A program made the translations under genes and the position numbers. From assembly GCA_004431415.1 (NCBI GenBank), contig QPMI01000437.1, forward strand, positions 124,001-188,000: DNA of 64,000 nucleotides, read 5' to 3'. How positions within the stretch are numbered: position 1 is the first letter of the stretch; each line of letters starts with the position of its first letter. Below are positions 39,276-52,595 of this stretch, one piece after another. This DNA comes from Cyanophora paradoxa CCMP329 (taxonomy: Eukaryota; Plantae; Glaucophyta). Below the pieces are notes generated by a model that did no database searches, was not told the DNA's origin, and saw only the letters and a program-made list of their open reading frames with translations.

Positions 39276-39980
39276 GTACAGCGACAGCCAGCACCCTAGA
39301 CTTCAACGCGCCGTAGAATCGCGCGGGCGCTCGCTCAAATGAGGCATTCATGAGCTCGAGCATATGCATGGACAATGGTTTCCGATCACACCCGTGCACA
39401 TGCGTACACGTACGCGTGGCATATGCATATGCATCACCATAACTCCGAACAAGCACGCTGCACGTCCTCCGCTGCATGCCGTATGCCGCTGCACGCCGCT
39501 ATACTATGATACGCGTACGTATACCGTAGTACCCTAGTACGTAACGCCGCTGCACGTCACGGCGTACTACGGTAGTGTGATCCGGCCGCCGGCGTCACAC
39601 GGTCAGCCCCTGAGCTCGAGCACACGCCGCGGCGCGCAGCGCCTCTAGATCTGCCGCTTACTAAGTTACTACTACTGTGACAAGGCTAGGCTAGGCTTGC
39701 CTATACTGTGTAGTCGCGCTAGCCGGCGTAGTCGCGCTAGCCGGCGTAGCCGCTGTCTGTGGCCCGCTGATCATGCCATGATGAGCTGCCGGAGCCTGCC
39801 GCAGTGCTGTGCTGCTGAGCCTGTGCAGCCTGCGTCGACTCGGCGACTCGGGCCTGCCAGGCTGATCACCGTGACACCGTCCGACGGTCGGATGATCATG
39901 GCATGATCGGATGAGTGATCCGATCATCGGACTCCGGGATGATCATCGGTCGACCGGCGGCGGGGCCTACTAGGCTAGTA

Positions 39981-40234
39981 CCGTGTAATTATAATACTTA
40001 ATTACTGCGCTGACATAACTACTGCGCTACCATATTACTGCGCTCTAAATTTTTATAACGCAGTAATTTGGTAGCGCAGTAAAGCGCGCGCGCCTACCGC
40101 AGAGTACCGCGCCAGTACCCAGGACGGGCGCAGAAAGTTTAGAACGCAGTAATTTGGTGACGCAGTAAAGCGCCTACCGGCGCAGAAATTTTAGAACGCA
40201 GTGATTTGTGGCGCAGTAAATAAGTGTTACACGG
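39981..40234. mobile_element. Non-autonomous DNA transposon (MITE), TA-flanked, Tc1/mariner-like
   Basis: TA|ccgtgtaa...ttacacgg|TA. Imperfect TIR extends to acttaattactgcgc / gcgcagtaaataagt, with several internal ttactgcgc/cgcagtaa subterminal repeats. Confidence 0.8.
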
Positions 40235-40280
40235 TATATACTGGTATACCGTACGGCGTACGTACAGTACTAGTGGCCAC

Positions 40281-40790
40281 TAGGGCTGCGCCCAGTGAGG
40301 TCCGCGGGCTCACTTTGTGAGTGAGCTTTTTGCGTCCCACTCACTCAGTCACTGTAGTGAGCAGCGGGTACGTTTTCGTATACGCGAAAAACGACCTAAA
40401 ACGACCTAAAACGACCCAGATTTTGCCGTGTTTTCAGGCGCTTCGTGCCGTAACTGCCAGCTGTTTCCGCGGGCTTCTAAAATGTCGAGACTCTGAGAGG
40501 TCGTTTCGAATCTCAAATTGGTCATGGTCAGCATCGCGCGCGGTGCTGCTAGCGCTACGCTCAGCGGCTATGCGCATGTAGATCTGACTCAAAAGTACCC
40601 CCGGCCCAAATCGTTAGGTGGGGCGCCTGGGTCGTGATTTCATGGCGCCAGATACCCCCCCGCGCGGCGCGGGCTGAGGTCTGGCTCACTCGCCCCATAC
40701 ATTTTTCTTTGTACGAGTGAGCCAAAATCCTCACTCAGTGAGTGGAGTGAGACCCTCGACCCTCCACTGATCTCACTGGACCCAGCCCTA
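40281..40790. mobile_element. hAT-like MITE
   Basis: Perfect 8-bp TSD gtggccac (40273-40280 and 40791-40798); 19-bp TIR tagggctg(c/g)g(c/t)ccagtgag; subterminal gtgag/ctcac repeats. Confidence 0.9.
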
Positions 40791-40909
40791 GTGGCCACTG
40801 GCCAGTGGTACACTGTCGTACAGTAATTATGAACGGGCCTACGTATACGTACTAGACCACCAGTACCGGTATACGGTATACCGGAGTACTACCCGGGACC
40901 GCCGCCGGT

Positions 40910-41320
40910 TAGGGTTGCCGTGTCCATGGACATGTCAATCAACCCGGTGGACATGGACATTCGGACACAGACATGTCCGCCGACATGTCCGCCGACATTG
41001 AATATTAAATTTAATTTAATTAAATTAAATTCCAAAAGTGAGGTGGCGGGGCAGCTTGGGCGAGGCCCCCGGCGACTCCCCGCTGCCCCCCGCCGCTTCC
41101 TGAGCACCAGAAACATGCTGCTAACGTTTGCAGTGTTCTGCTAGAGTGTTTTAAACATGATTTGCACGCGTTTTGGCCTGTTTAGAGGGGTATCCCCCTA
41201 ATGTCCACGGACATGTCCACCCGGACCCACCGACATTGACACGACATGTCCGCGGACATGGACATGTCAATGTCCGCGGACATCGGACACGTCAATGTCC
41301 GCGGACATCGGACAATGTCC
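40910..41320. mobile_element. Probable truncated hAT-like element
   Basis: Starts tagggttgcc and carries dense ggacat/atgtcc subterminal-type repeats at both ends. Matching right TIR and TSD not found. Confidence 0.45.
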
Positions 41321-43376
41321 GCCGGGCCGGCCCGCGGCCGCCGCGCCGGCGCCGGCGCCGCGGCGGCCGCCGGCGTCACGTCCGACCGTCACGGCGTCAC
41401 CATGACGGCGTCACGTCCGACCGTCGGACGGTCAGCATTGACTCAGCAATGACTCAGCACAATGTCATTGCTGACACGTGTCAGCAACTTGGCAATGCCA
41501 GTGGTCGATCAGCATCGATCGGTCGACGTCACCGCGGCCGTCAACGTCGACTCGGCGACGAGTCGGCGTCGAGTGACTCGAGTCGGCGACTCGGCGTCGT
41601 CGACGTCATGCGCCGGTTTCTCGCATTTTAATAATTTTTCGGTGTCCGACGGTCACGCGCCGCGGAATGGGCGGCGAATCGATATCGCCGGCGATTCGGT
41701 GGAATCGGTCACCGCCGACTCGCGCCGAGTCGGCGCCGACTCACCGGCCGGCGGGTGCTGATCATGATATGGCCGGGCCCAGGCCGGCGCGGCCCGCGGG
41801 GGGTTAACTTCAAGCCTGGCACTGCGGCAAGGCTTGAACGTTCAACGGTTAGAGCCTTATCACTGATCATGAGTAGCTAGTCACTGCAGCTGAGTCATAA
41901 GGCTAGGCCGGCCGGCCAGCTGGTCGACCAGACCGTTAACTTAGTAAATGGGACTGCATGGGACTGAAAGCCAGACACGGTAGACCGCATTTTAAGACAT
42001 ATGCATAGGAGCTATAATTTGTTTTTGACAAAAAAAAATACAGCAGATGCCAGATAGTCACAAAAATACAGAGTCAAGAACGATCACGGTACGGTAAGGG
42101 GCACGAGCATGAGAACGCAGAGAATAAGGAGAACGAGTACGAGGCCTAGGAGAAGTAGTAGCGATAGCTATAGAAGGACGCAAAGACATCGATGCAGCAA
42201 CACTAGTCTATACTAGTCACACTCAGGTCACACTAGAACGACGAGGAGCACGAGGGCGCAGTAAATAAGGAGAGCGAGCACGAGGGACTACAGTCGAAGA
42301 TCCAGACCCAGAGATCGAAGACACAAAAGTACTAGTCACACTAAGTCGAGATTGCGGAATCTGTAAAGCAATATTAATGGACGGCTGAAGACTAATCTGA
42401 GGTACCGGGGACGCCACCGGGGAAGCGGCATTACTAGTATCAGAGGAGGGGCGAAACGCAGGCCAGTAGTGGCAGAGAAAGTAGACGATGGGGCTGAACC
42501 AGGCGGGAGAGGCAAATTTAAAGATAGCGAAGTAGAAAGAAGCTTAAGAGAAGGGTACACACGAGGAACGCCACCATACACAAAATACTCGCTGCCATAA
42601 TCAATACGATCTGACGGTCGCGATCGCTGGAGGTATACGTAAAGAGACGGAACTGCCTGAGGACTAACAGTGAGAGATGGGGGAGGAAGAGGCAGAGCTA
42701 ACGGCAAAGGGAAAGGAATCAAAGGCACAGGCCTAGGGAAGGCATGGAACACACGAGGAACTGGGAGGTGGAGGGGGCCAGTGGTCCTAACTCCACCAGG
42801 AGGTGACGGCAAACAACTGCAGGTAAACTACGTGGAGGTGAAGCGAAGATTGACACAAGACTATCATGAATCAAAGGGGGCCATGCAGGAACCGGTGGAG
42901 CTATAATTATCGCAGCACTAATTATATATGATATAAAGTTAGCGTCCTTTCAAATTTAGTAATGTGTGCGTGCGATTTAAAGAAACGCCGTGACGCACGA
43001 ATTTTGGTACCGCACTACCGGTAATATCGATATCATGCGCGCGCGCGCGCACTGTTGTTGTGTTACACGGTAGATGAGAGTCATGAGACTAGATTTAGAC
43101 CAAACTACTAGTATTGATAGTTCCAAAGCCCCAGGCCTGCCGCGGCCTGCGGCCCCAGGCTGCGGGCCGCGGCCCGCCATCATCAGCGCCATGCAGTGCT
43201 CAAGCTCAGGGATGCCTGTCTTGTTCTGCTGACATTCTACTAGACAATCGATCCGAGGCACAAGGAGCGGACCGGGGAACGAGGCCAGGGGACCGGAATC
43301 ACCGGATGGGGGCGGGTGCAAGAGGGGCATCGATGGAAGGCGGTGGGGGCTGGGGGATCGGAGGGCGGGGGGCGGG

Positions 43377-46300
43377 CTAGCGGATGAAGCGGGCGATGTC
43401 CTGGACGGGGAGGGAGTCCCAGAGGGCAGTCTTGCGGGCGTACTCCTCGCAGCAGGGCGTCGCCGAGCCGGGGTCCTTGGGGCGGTGCGACTTGAGGAAC
43501 GCGATGAGGTCGCAGCACTCGGAGAAGGACTGCAGGCGCTGCCCGTACTTGGCGGCCAGCGCCGCCAGCTTGCCCCTGTACGCCGGGTTGTGTGCCTTGA
43601 GGTAAAGCGCCAGGAACTTGAGTGCCGAGTCGCGGGGGGAGAGCCCCGGGTACTTGGGCTTGCGCAGGCCCACGTCCACCAGGCCGCGGCAGATCGGCTG
43701 GACGACCGTTGCCTCCAGGAACCCCAGGTCGGGCAGGTTCACCGTCGGGATCGTCTGCTTCACCGGCGGCAGCTTCATCGGCAGCCGAAGGCCTGCGGGG
43801 GCGGGCAGGCGTGAGCAAGCGAGCGAGCGGCGGGGCGTTCAGGGGAGAAGCCACGACGCACCGATATATTTCCAGGGCTTGCGCATGAACCGCTCCAGGC
43901 GCTCGGCGGTCGCGAAGCTGTAGAGGGTCTCGCTGTTCCCGTACTCCGCAACCAGGGTACGCTCGCCCGGCACCAGCTCGTAGCGGTACCCCCGCGCCGT
44001 GAGCTCCTCCGCCATCGTCACGGGGCAGTACCCCCCGTACTGGAAGGTCTTGAACTGGTGGCGGCCGGGGCGGGGCGGGCCGGCCGGCATGAGCGCCCGG
44101 CACTCGGCGGCGGTGAGGCGGCGGGGCAGGATCTTGGGGAGGTCCTTGGCCTCGTCGGCGTAGCGGGCGGGCCGGGCGAGGAACGCCTCCAGCTCGGCCG
44201 GGCCGGCCATCACGTAGTAGAAGCCGCGGTACTCGGCCGCGCACCCCTGCAGCGGCTGCGCCTGGCGGCAGTCCACCAGCTCCGTCCGGTCCGCCCACGC
44301 CACCGGGCAGTACGTCCCGAAGCGGCCGAGCAGGGCCCCGAACTGGGCGGCGGGGATGCCGAGCCCGGCGACCGCCGCGGCGCCGCCCGAGAGGCGCGCC
44401 GCCTCGTGCAGCTTGCGCCGCCGCAGCGCGTCGGCCGCCCGCTGCGCCGCGCGCTCCGCGAGGTACCACTTGGAGCGGTCGCCGGGGAGGGCCAGGACGT
44501 TCGAGCGGAGTCGGGCGTTCAGCTCCGTCGCGGCGCGCAGCTGCGGCCGCGAGCGCTCGTACGCCGCGTGCACGAAGGCCTCCAGGTCGCCCGTCGCCGC
44601 CAGCCGCTCCCGCGCCGACGTGAGCGCCGCCCGCGCCCGCGCCGCGCAGTGCTCCTCCGAGAGCTCGATCGAGAAGAGGGCCTGCGAACCGAGTCAGAAG
44701 CCGCGAAGCAGAGCCGAGCCGAGCGTAGCCTCGGGCGCACGTGGAGGGGGAGGGAGGCGGCCTCGAGGAGCTTGGCGTGCTCGGCGGTGGCGGGGAAGCC
44801 GTCGAGGAGGACGCCCCTGCGCCGCCCCGCCGCGCTCTCCACGCAGCCGCGCACGCACTCCAGCACCAGCTCGTCCGGCACCGTCGTCGGGCCCTGCTCC
44901 GCGCCGCTTAAGATTACGGCTAAAGCTCGAGATTATGATCGGGACGCACGGAGGTGAGGGCGGCCTGGATGCGGCGGCCGAGGCCGCGCCCGGCCGCGAC
45001 GGCGGCCTCCAGCGCCTCGGGGACCGAGACCCGCACGAGGTCGAGCTCCCGGGCGATGCGCGCGGCCAGCTCCGTGCGGCCCGACTTGGGCGGCCCGACG
45101 ACGGCGAAGAGCGCGGGGACGTCCGGGAGGGGCGCCGGCCCGCGCGCGTACTTGGGCGGGTCGGCGAGGAACTTCTCGACGTTCGCCTTGGAGGAGAGGT
45201 AGTAGACGTGGTGCCTGTAGAGCACGGGCAGCCGCTGGGCGTCCGCCGGCGCCACGTACGGCTCGCCGGCCTCCAGGAGCCGCACGGGGTCGCGGGGGCC
45301 GAACTTGGACTCAGTCGCGTGGCGGCCCTCCACGAGCGCCTCGGCGGCCTTGGCGTCGAGGGGCACGGCCGTCGCGAAGAAGGCCCCGCGGCCGGCCAGG
45401 ATCCCCTTCAGGATGCTCCGCAGCTCGCGGTAGACGCGCGGAGCCGGCTCCGTCGCGTCCACCTCGTGCAGCTTGACCTGCAGGCCCTTGTACGCCTCCG
45501 TCGCCGCCTCGACCGCCTCCCGCCCCTTGCCATTCGCCTCCCGGATCTCGTCCTTCATCTTCTCCTCCTTCTCCGCCTTCTCGCCCGCGATCCGCTCCCG
45601 CTGTGCCTCCGCCTCCTCCTCCTCCTCCTCCTCGCCGCCCTCCTCCGGCTCCTCGCCCCCCTCCTCCTCCGGGGGCGGCTCGGCGCCCTCCTCCTCCGCC
45701 TTGCGGGCCGCCTCCGCGCGCTCCGCCTTCCTTCGGGCCCGGGCGGCCGCCTTCTCGGCCTTGGCGCGCTCCTTGGCGGCCTTCTCCGCCGCCGCGAGCT
45801 CCTCGACGGTCGGGAGGGGCTTGAAGGCCCGCTCGACGGCCTTGTCGTCGCTGAACTCGAAGGTTATCACGGCCTCCGGCAGTGTCTTCTTGTCCTTCAG
45901 GAGGGCCACGAGCCCCGGCGAGAGCGCCTCGCCCTCCACGAGCACGCCGGCCCCGCGGGCGCCGGCCGGCGCCCCCAGCAGCGCCCGCACGGCCCGCCGC
46001 AGCGCCTCCGCGACCGCCGCATCGTCCCCGCCGGCCTCCCCCTCACCGCCCTCCTTCTCCTTCTCCTTGTCGGCGTCGTCGCCGGAGGCGGCGGAGGCGG
46101 GCGCCTCGCTGTCGTGGAAGTGGAGCGCGGCGGCGAGCGGCAGGACGTCCGCCTCGAGGCTGATGTAGTGGAGGCCGAGCTCGGCCGCCACGCGCCGCAC
46201 CGCCGTCGTCTTGCCGGCCCCCTTCGGCCCCTGCACGACGAGCACCGGGGGCGGAGCCACCGGCTCCTCCTTCGGGATGTACCGCCTGCGCCCGCGCGGG

Positions 46301-49300
46301 TCAAACGAGACAGGCGGAGTGGTTTCTTATTCGTGCGCACGTGGGGTGGGCGAGGAAGGCGTCGCGGTCGGCCTCGGTGGCGAAGGCGTAGGTGGCCGGC
46401 CCGTACGTCGCGACGATCTCGGGGTTCGCGGGGGCCAGCACGCCCTCGTCCACGGCCGAGACGGGGCACCAGCGGCCCCAGTCGCTGCTCGTCGCCAGCT
46501 TCGCCTCCGCCTCGGAGAGGAGCGCCGCGTCCAGCTTGGCCGGGCGCAGGGCGAAGGGGTCCAGGGCGAGGCGGACGCGCTCCCAGACCTCGTCCACCGT
46601 CCCGTTGCACGAGACGGGGGCGACCCGCACGCCGGCCGCCTCCGCCGCCGCCAGCAGCGTCGGGCTCGCCGCATCCCACTCCGCGAGGTGGTCCGCCAGC
46701 GTCTTGACCTTCTCCACCGCCTCGACGACCTCTGACTCCATGCTCTCCCCGGTCCCCGTCGCCCCGAGGCCCGCCTCGCTATCCGCCGCCGCCGACGCGG
46801 CCGGCGCCGCGGCGCCCAGCGAGGCTGCCGAGGGCGACGCCGAGGGCGCGGCGGCCGCCGGCGGGGTCGCCGCGCGCTCCTCCCCTTCCGCCGCCGGCTC
46901 CGCCGCCGCCGCCGCCGCCGTGGCCGACGCCGCCGCCGACGCCGTCGGCGAAGAGGCGCGCGCCAGCTGCTCCGAGGAGGAGGCCGGGGCCGGCGGCGGG
47001 GGCGGGGGCGGGGGCGGGGGCGGGGCCCGCCGCAGCAGCTCCTCGCCGCCCGACTCGTCGCTGAGGAGGAGGACGACGTCGGGCAGGAGGCCGGCATCCT
47101 TGAAGGCCTCCCACTGCGCCGCCGTCCGCGGGAAGCCGTCCAGGAGGTACCCGATCTTGGGCGGCTCCGGCGCCGCCGGCTTCGCAGCCTCGTCCTCGCC
47201 CTCCTTGGCCTCGCCCTCCTCCGCGGGGGGCGGCGCCGCCTCCGCCGGCGCCTCGCCCTCGCCCGGCGCGGCCGGGGCGGGCGGCTTGGGCGGGAGCACG
47301 AGCTCCGCGATGATGGCCGCCAGGTCAGCCTCCGTCGGCGTGCGCGGCGGCTCCGGCGCCACCGGCGGCACGGGCGGCGGCGGGTACTCGATCGGCTCCG
47401 CCGGCGCCGGCGCCTCGCCCTCGCCCTCGGCGGGGGCGCCCTCGGCCCCTCGCCGCCCTCCGCCGGGGCGGCGCCCGGCGCGCCCTCCTCGCCCGCCGGC
47501 GGGGCCTCCGGCGGCGGTGCAGCCGCCTCGCCGTCAGCTGGCGCGGCCTCGGGCCGGGGCGAAGTCCGCGGCGAGGTCCGGGCGGCGGCGGCGCCCTCCT
47601 CGCCGCCGGCCGCGGCCGCGCCCTCTCCGCCCTCGGCCGGGGCCCCCTCGGCGCCCTCGGCCGCCGGCTCGCCGCCCTCGGCGCCCTCGGCGGGGGCCTC
47701 CCCCTCGGCGCCCTCCTCCTTGGGCGGGGGCGGGGGTACGTAGGCCGCCAGCGCCGCCTCGTACTCCTTCATCGCCGCCTCGTACGCCTCCATCGCCTTC
47801 CTGTGCGCCTCCGCGATGCGCGCCTCGGCCAGCGCCCACGGGTCCAGCTTCTGGATGCCGTACTCGGCGAGGACCAGCCCGCCCTGCGTCGTCTTGCCGG
47901 CCAGCGGAGGTCCGACGAAGAGGACCCGGAGGCTCTTGGGCGGCCGCGGCGCCTCCCGGAGGTACGCGTGCGGGTCCGCCTCGAACTTCTTGCCCGCCTC
48001 CTCGGAGCTCAGGAGGTACACGCGGCCCTGCGAGCGCGCGCGCTTGAACAAAACGAGGGAAGGAGCGAGAGCAAGCAGAAAGACGTACCCGGTAGGCGTA
48101 GGCGAGCTTGGGGTCGCCCTGCACGAGGGCCGCCCGCTCCTTGAGGGCCACGGGGCAGTGCGTGCCCCACGGCGAGAGGCTCCGGAAGGCGGTGCCCGCC
48201 TCCTCGGGCAGCGCCGCCGTTTTCAGGAACTTGAGGGCAGAGGGGAGGTCCCCGTCGGGCGCCTCTGGGAGCCGCACGGGCGCCGCCAGCCGCCGCCTCG
48301 CGAGGCCGAGCCGCTCCATCACGCAGGCGAAGACCTGCGGGAGGGCGTGAGCCGCGAAGCGGGCGGGCGGGCGGGCGGGCGGGCGGGTCGGGAGGAAAAA
48401 AAAGGCGCACGTCCTCGGGGGGCTGCGCGGCGTCGACCACCGCGAGGCGGTCCGAGGCGTACGCCTGCTTGAGGGGCTCGAGCTGCGCCGCGTGGTGCCG
48501 CTGGTACGCCTCCAGCCGCGCCCGCACCGCCGCCTCCAGGTCCTGCGGCCGCGCCACCAGCCTGCCCATGGCCAGAAGCGACCGTAAGCAAAGCAAAGCA
48601 AAGCGAAGCAAAGACTTCTCTAATAAGATCTTTAAACTGCAATCCCTAATCTCTTATTCAAGCGATCTTTGGTGGCGGCGAGGCGCTGCGCTTCGGGTCC
48701 GCTTCGCTTCGTTCGCACCGGGCGATCATCTCGGGCGTCGGGGCCCCCTTCATCTCCCGCTTCGTCGGCTGGCCCTCGGGCACCTCCTCGCCGCCCTCCT
48801 CCTCCTCCTCCTGCTCGGCCCCGCCCTCGCCGCCCTCGCCGCCCTCCTTCTCGCCGCCCTCGCCGCCCTCGGCCCCCTCCTCGCCCTCCTCCTCCTCCTC
48901 CCCCTCGTCCTCCTCGTCCAGCTCGGTGCCCTCCGCCTCGGCCTTGGCGCGGCGCAGGGCCCGAAGCCGCCTTTTCTCCGCGGCCGCCGCCTTCGCCGCC
49001 GCCGCCGCCTCCTCCGCGTCCCGCTCGCGCTGCGTCCGGACGAGCCGCAGCTTGGTCTTGGCCTGCAGCTTGGCGTCGCAGTCGGCGGCGGTGAGGAGGC
49101 GCCCCGTCTTCGGGTCGACGCGCGTTCCCGCGATCCGCGCGAGGAGCTCGTCGTGCGGGTGCTCGAGGTCGACGAAGTACTCGGGGTACGGCAAATCGCT
49201 CGCCCGCAGGTACCCCATCGCCGAGGCCGTACCCGGGAAGCCGTCGAGGACGTACCCGTGGAACCGCGCCTTCTCCGAGTGCAGCGCGGCGTCCACGGCC

Positions 49301-52300
49301 CTTAGGACGAGCTCCTCGGGGACCTCCTTCCCGGCCCGCATCAGCGCCGCCGCCTCCTTCCCGAGGGGCGTCTTGCCCGCCACCTCCTCCGCGATCAGCG
49401 CGCCCGGCTCGATGTGGACGAGCCCGAGGGCCTTGGCGAGCGCGGCGGAGAGGGCGGTTTTCCCGCAGGCCGGCGGCCCCGCCACGATGATGCTCGGCGG
49501 CGGGCGCCGCTGGAGCACGACGGCCTCCTCTTCCGCCGCGTAGCGGTCGCCGAGGTCTTCCACCGTCGTGTCGCGGGGCGGGACCAGAGGCTTCGTCGCC
49601 TGTGCGTGTGCGTGCCTTAGCGAACGAAGGAAAGAGGAAAGGGGGAAGCGGCGCTCGCCGGCGGCAGCTCCTTGACAGAGACAGAGGCGGCCGCGATGGC
49701 GGCCGCCGCGGCCGCGCCGGCCGGCGCCTCCGAGCGACCGGTCTGCCCCCCGGCCGCGGCCGCGGCAGCGGCCTCCCCCGCCGCGCCACCGGCGTCAGCT
49801 GCGGCTGTGCTGCCGGCGTCAGCTGCGGCGGCCGGGCCGGCTGCTGCGGCCTCGCCCGGAGTTGTGCCCGTGAGGCCGCCGAGGGCCCCGCGGGCGGTGC
49901 GGGAGCCCGGGCGCGACCCGGCGCCGCCCTCGCCCTCGGGAACGGCCTCCGCCGCCTTCGGGAACGAGTTGCTGCGCTTCAGGCCGGCGCCCCCGGCGCC
50001 CTTCTTCACGCCGCGCAGGCCCGCGGCTGAGGGCCCGGGGCCACGGGCGCTCTTCTTGCCCTTGGGGGACGACACGCCCTCCTCCTTTGCCTTTTTCTTC
50101 TTGCTGCTGCCCCGGGCCGACTTTTGCGCGGCGGCGGCCGCCGCCGCCACCTCCGCGTCCGCCTCGGCGTGCTCGCCAGCAATCTCGTGGCGCGGCTCGC
50201 CGCCGCCGCCCGACCCGGCCGAGCCGGGCCGCTCGCCGCCGGCCGGCGTGCCGGCGTCGCCCATCTCCCGCCCGATGTGCTTCGCGATGTCGCCCAGCGC
50301 GGCCGTCACGTCCGCCGTCGTCGCCGTCATCGGCCGCCGCACGCCGCCGGCCGCCGAGCCGCCGGACCCGGGCCGCGACGCCGGCCGCGAGCCGGGCCTC
50401 GATCCGCCGGAGACGGCGGCGGCGGGCGCCGCCGCCTCCGCGCTGCCGCCCTCCTCCTCCTCCTCGCCGGCGGCCCGGCCTTGCGCGACGGCCTCCCGGA
50501 GCGACTTGACCGAGCGCTGCGAACGAAGCGACTTGGAGGTCGGCAGCGGCGCCTCGCCCTCCGCCGCCGCCGCAGCCACTTCCGCCGCTGCGGCCTCCTC
50601 CTGCTGAGGCTCCTCGGCCTCCTCCTGCTGAGGCTCCTCGGCCTCCTCCTCCTCCTCCTCCTCCTCTTCTTCCTCGTCATCCTCGCCCTCCTCCTCCTCC
50701 TCCTCCTCGGCGGGCTGCTCGATGGGCCGGATGTCTGCATGGGGAGGAGGCGGCGGCCCGTCAGCCAACCAACCAGGGAATGCCTCGAGCCGGTCAGCCA
50801 GCCTGACGCACCGTCGAGCTCGGCGAACTCGTACTCGATGACGGCGCCCTCCTGCAGCAGCTGCGAGTCGTCCATCTCTGCCGGCGGCGGCGGCGCGCTG
50901 CTCGTCAGCGCCGGGCGCGGGGGCGCGAGCGGGCGGGCGGGCGAGGGGGCGAGGCCCACCGTCCAGCTGGGCGCCCTCGTCGGCCTCCTCCTCGCCCTCG
51001 CCCTCGCCCTCGCCCTCGCCCTCGCCGGCGGCCCCGCCGCCGGCGCCGCCCCGCAGCGGTGCTCGGGGCCGGGGCGCCTCGTCGCCCATCTCCCGCCCGA
51101 CGTCGCGCACGACGTCGCCCAGGGCCGCCGCCACGTCCGCGGCCGTCGAGGGCCGCGCCTGGCCCAGCTCCGAGGTCGGGCGGGGCCCGGGCTCCGCCGA
51201 CTGCCGCCCGTCGCTTGCGGCGTCGCCCATCTCCCGCCCGATGCCCCGAACGACGTCGCCGAGCGCGGCCGCCACGTCCGCCGTCGTCGCTGTGACCGGC
51301 CGCCGCGCCGCCGAGGGCGGCCGCGGGGGCTTGCCCGCCGTCGAGGAGGAGGCGCGGGGGAGCCCCCGGCGGCCTCCTGGGCGTGGCCGGACCCGGGCCG
51401 CGAGGCGCGGGAGGCCGCCGATCCCGGGCGCGCCCCGTCGAAGGCGCGGGCGATGCCGTCCGCGATTCCGTCCAGCGTCGCAGTCACAACGGCCGTCGCG
51501 CTCGTGCCCGGCCGCGAGCCGCCCTCCGAGACGGGTGCCAGCCCGGCGCCGCCGCCCTCCGCAGCCGCGCCCGCCTCCTCGCCCTCGCCCCGCGCGGTGC
51601 CGGGCTCGCCGTCCGGCCGCCGCCGCGCCGTCGAGCGCCGAGTCGTCTTCCCGCCGTCCTCGGAGCCCTCGGGCTTCCGGCGGAAGGTGCGCCCGTCCGG
51701 CAGCGTGATGATCCGCGTCGTGATGCGCCGGAACAGCTTATCGACGAAGTCGACATACCTGGCGCGCCGCGCCGCCTGCGTTAGCTGCGCGGCTCAGGGC
51801 GGGCCCCCGCGCCGCCTGCGCACTCGCTCGAGTCGATGTCCGTCGTCCACAGATCGGCCAGCTCGAAGATCGAGTCGAAGAACTTATCGTAGTCCAGCGT
51901 GTCTTCGCCCTTCGCATCGCGCTCCCAGTCTTGCTGCTCGCCCGCGGGTCAGGCGGGGCTGTCCGGGCGCCCTCGCCGGAGCGGCCAGGGCGGCCGGCGG
52001 ACCTCGACGGTCTTCATCGCGTCGTCCAGCGCAAAGTCTGGCAGGAGCGCCTTCGCGATGTTCAGGTTCACCTTTACGTAGTCATCGTGCGACACCCTGC
52101 CGCTCTCGTCCTTCTTGTAGGCCGCCCAGAACTACGCCCCCGCGTTAGCTCCCGGCCATCCAGCACGCCCGCGCTGCCCGGGGCACCTTGTGGATCGCCT
52201 TCTGCACTGCCGGGTGCTTCTTCAGCGCGGCGCGGGCCGCCAGCGCCTCCGGCGTCTCCATGCTCTCGTCCCCCTGCAGGTAGTACCTGCGCCGCGCTAA

Positions 52301-52595
52301 GCGTCGGCACCCAGCCAAATGGACTTGTTAGGGTCACGCTCACGGTAGCTGCTGCTCCGGGACATTCGGGTCTATCTTCCGCTTCTCAAAGCTAAATTTC
52401 TGCGGCCGGTCGGTCTCAGCGAACGGTGCCCAGGTGCCACGCACATGCGAAGATGTTCCGCACCTCTTCATCCTTGCCGCCGGCGTCCTTGGAAGCCCGC
52501 CGGGCGGCCTCGCCGTAAGCGAGGTCGCTGTAGCCCGAGGGCGTGTAGCCCTTCCCGGACTTCGCCTGTGAGCCTTTCCTCACAGGCGTCGCCAT
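43377..52595 (-). CDS. AK9: Adenylate kinase 9-like multi-domain protein with a long N-terminal extension
   Basis: P-loops GPPACGKT, GPPLAGKT, GPKGAGKT, GPPKSGRT; (L/V)LDGFP motifs; YHS-like CPV..Y units; C-terminal FLEATVVQPICRGL..KPKYPGLS..SALKFLALYLKAHNP typical of AK9. N-terminal exons encode DWERDAKGEDTLDYDKFFDSIFELADLW (EF-hand-like) and appear to splice into the kinase part near 49600. Confidence 0.85.

Noticed and set aside
44356-52148. Long + strand ORFs (783, 551 and 674 aa)
   Set aside because: Antisense shadows of the GC-rich AK9-like exons; no domain content.
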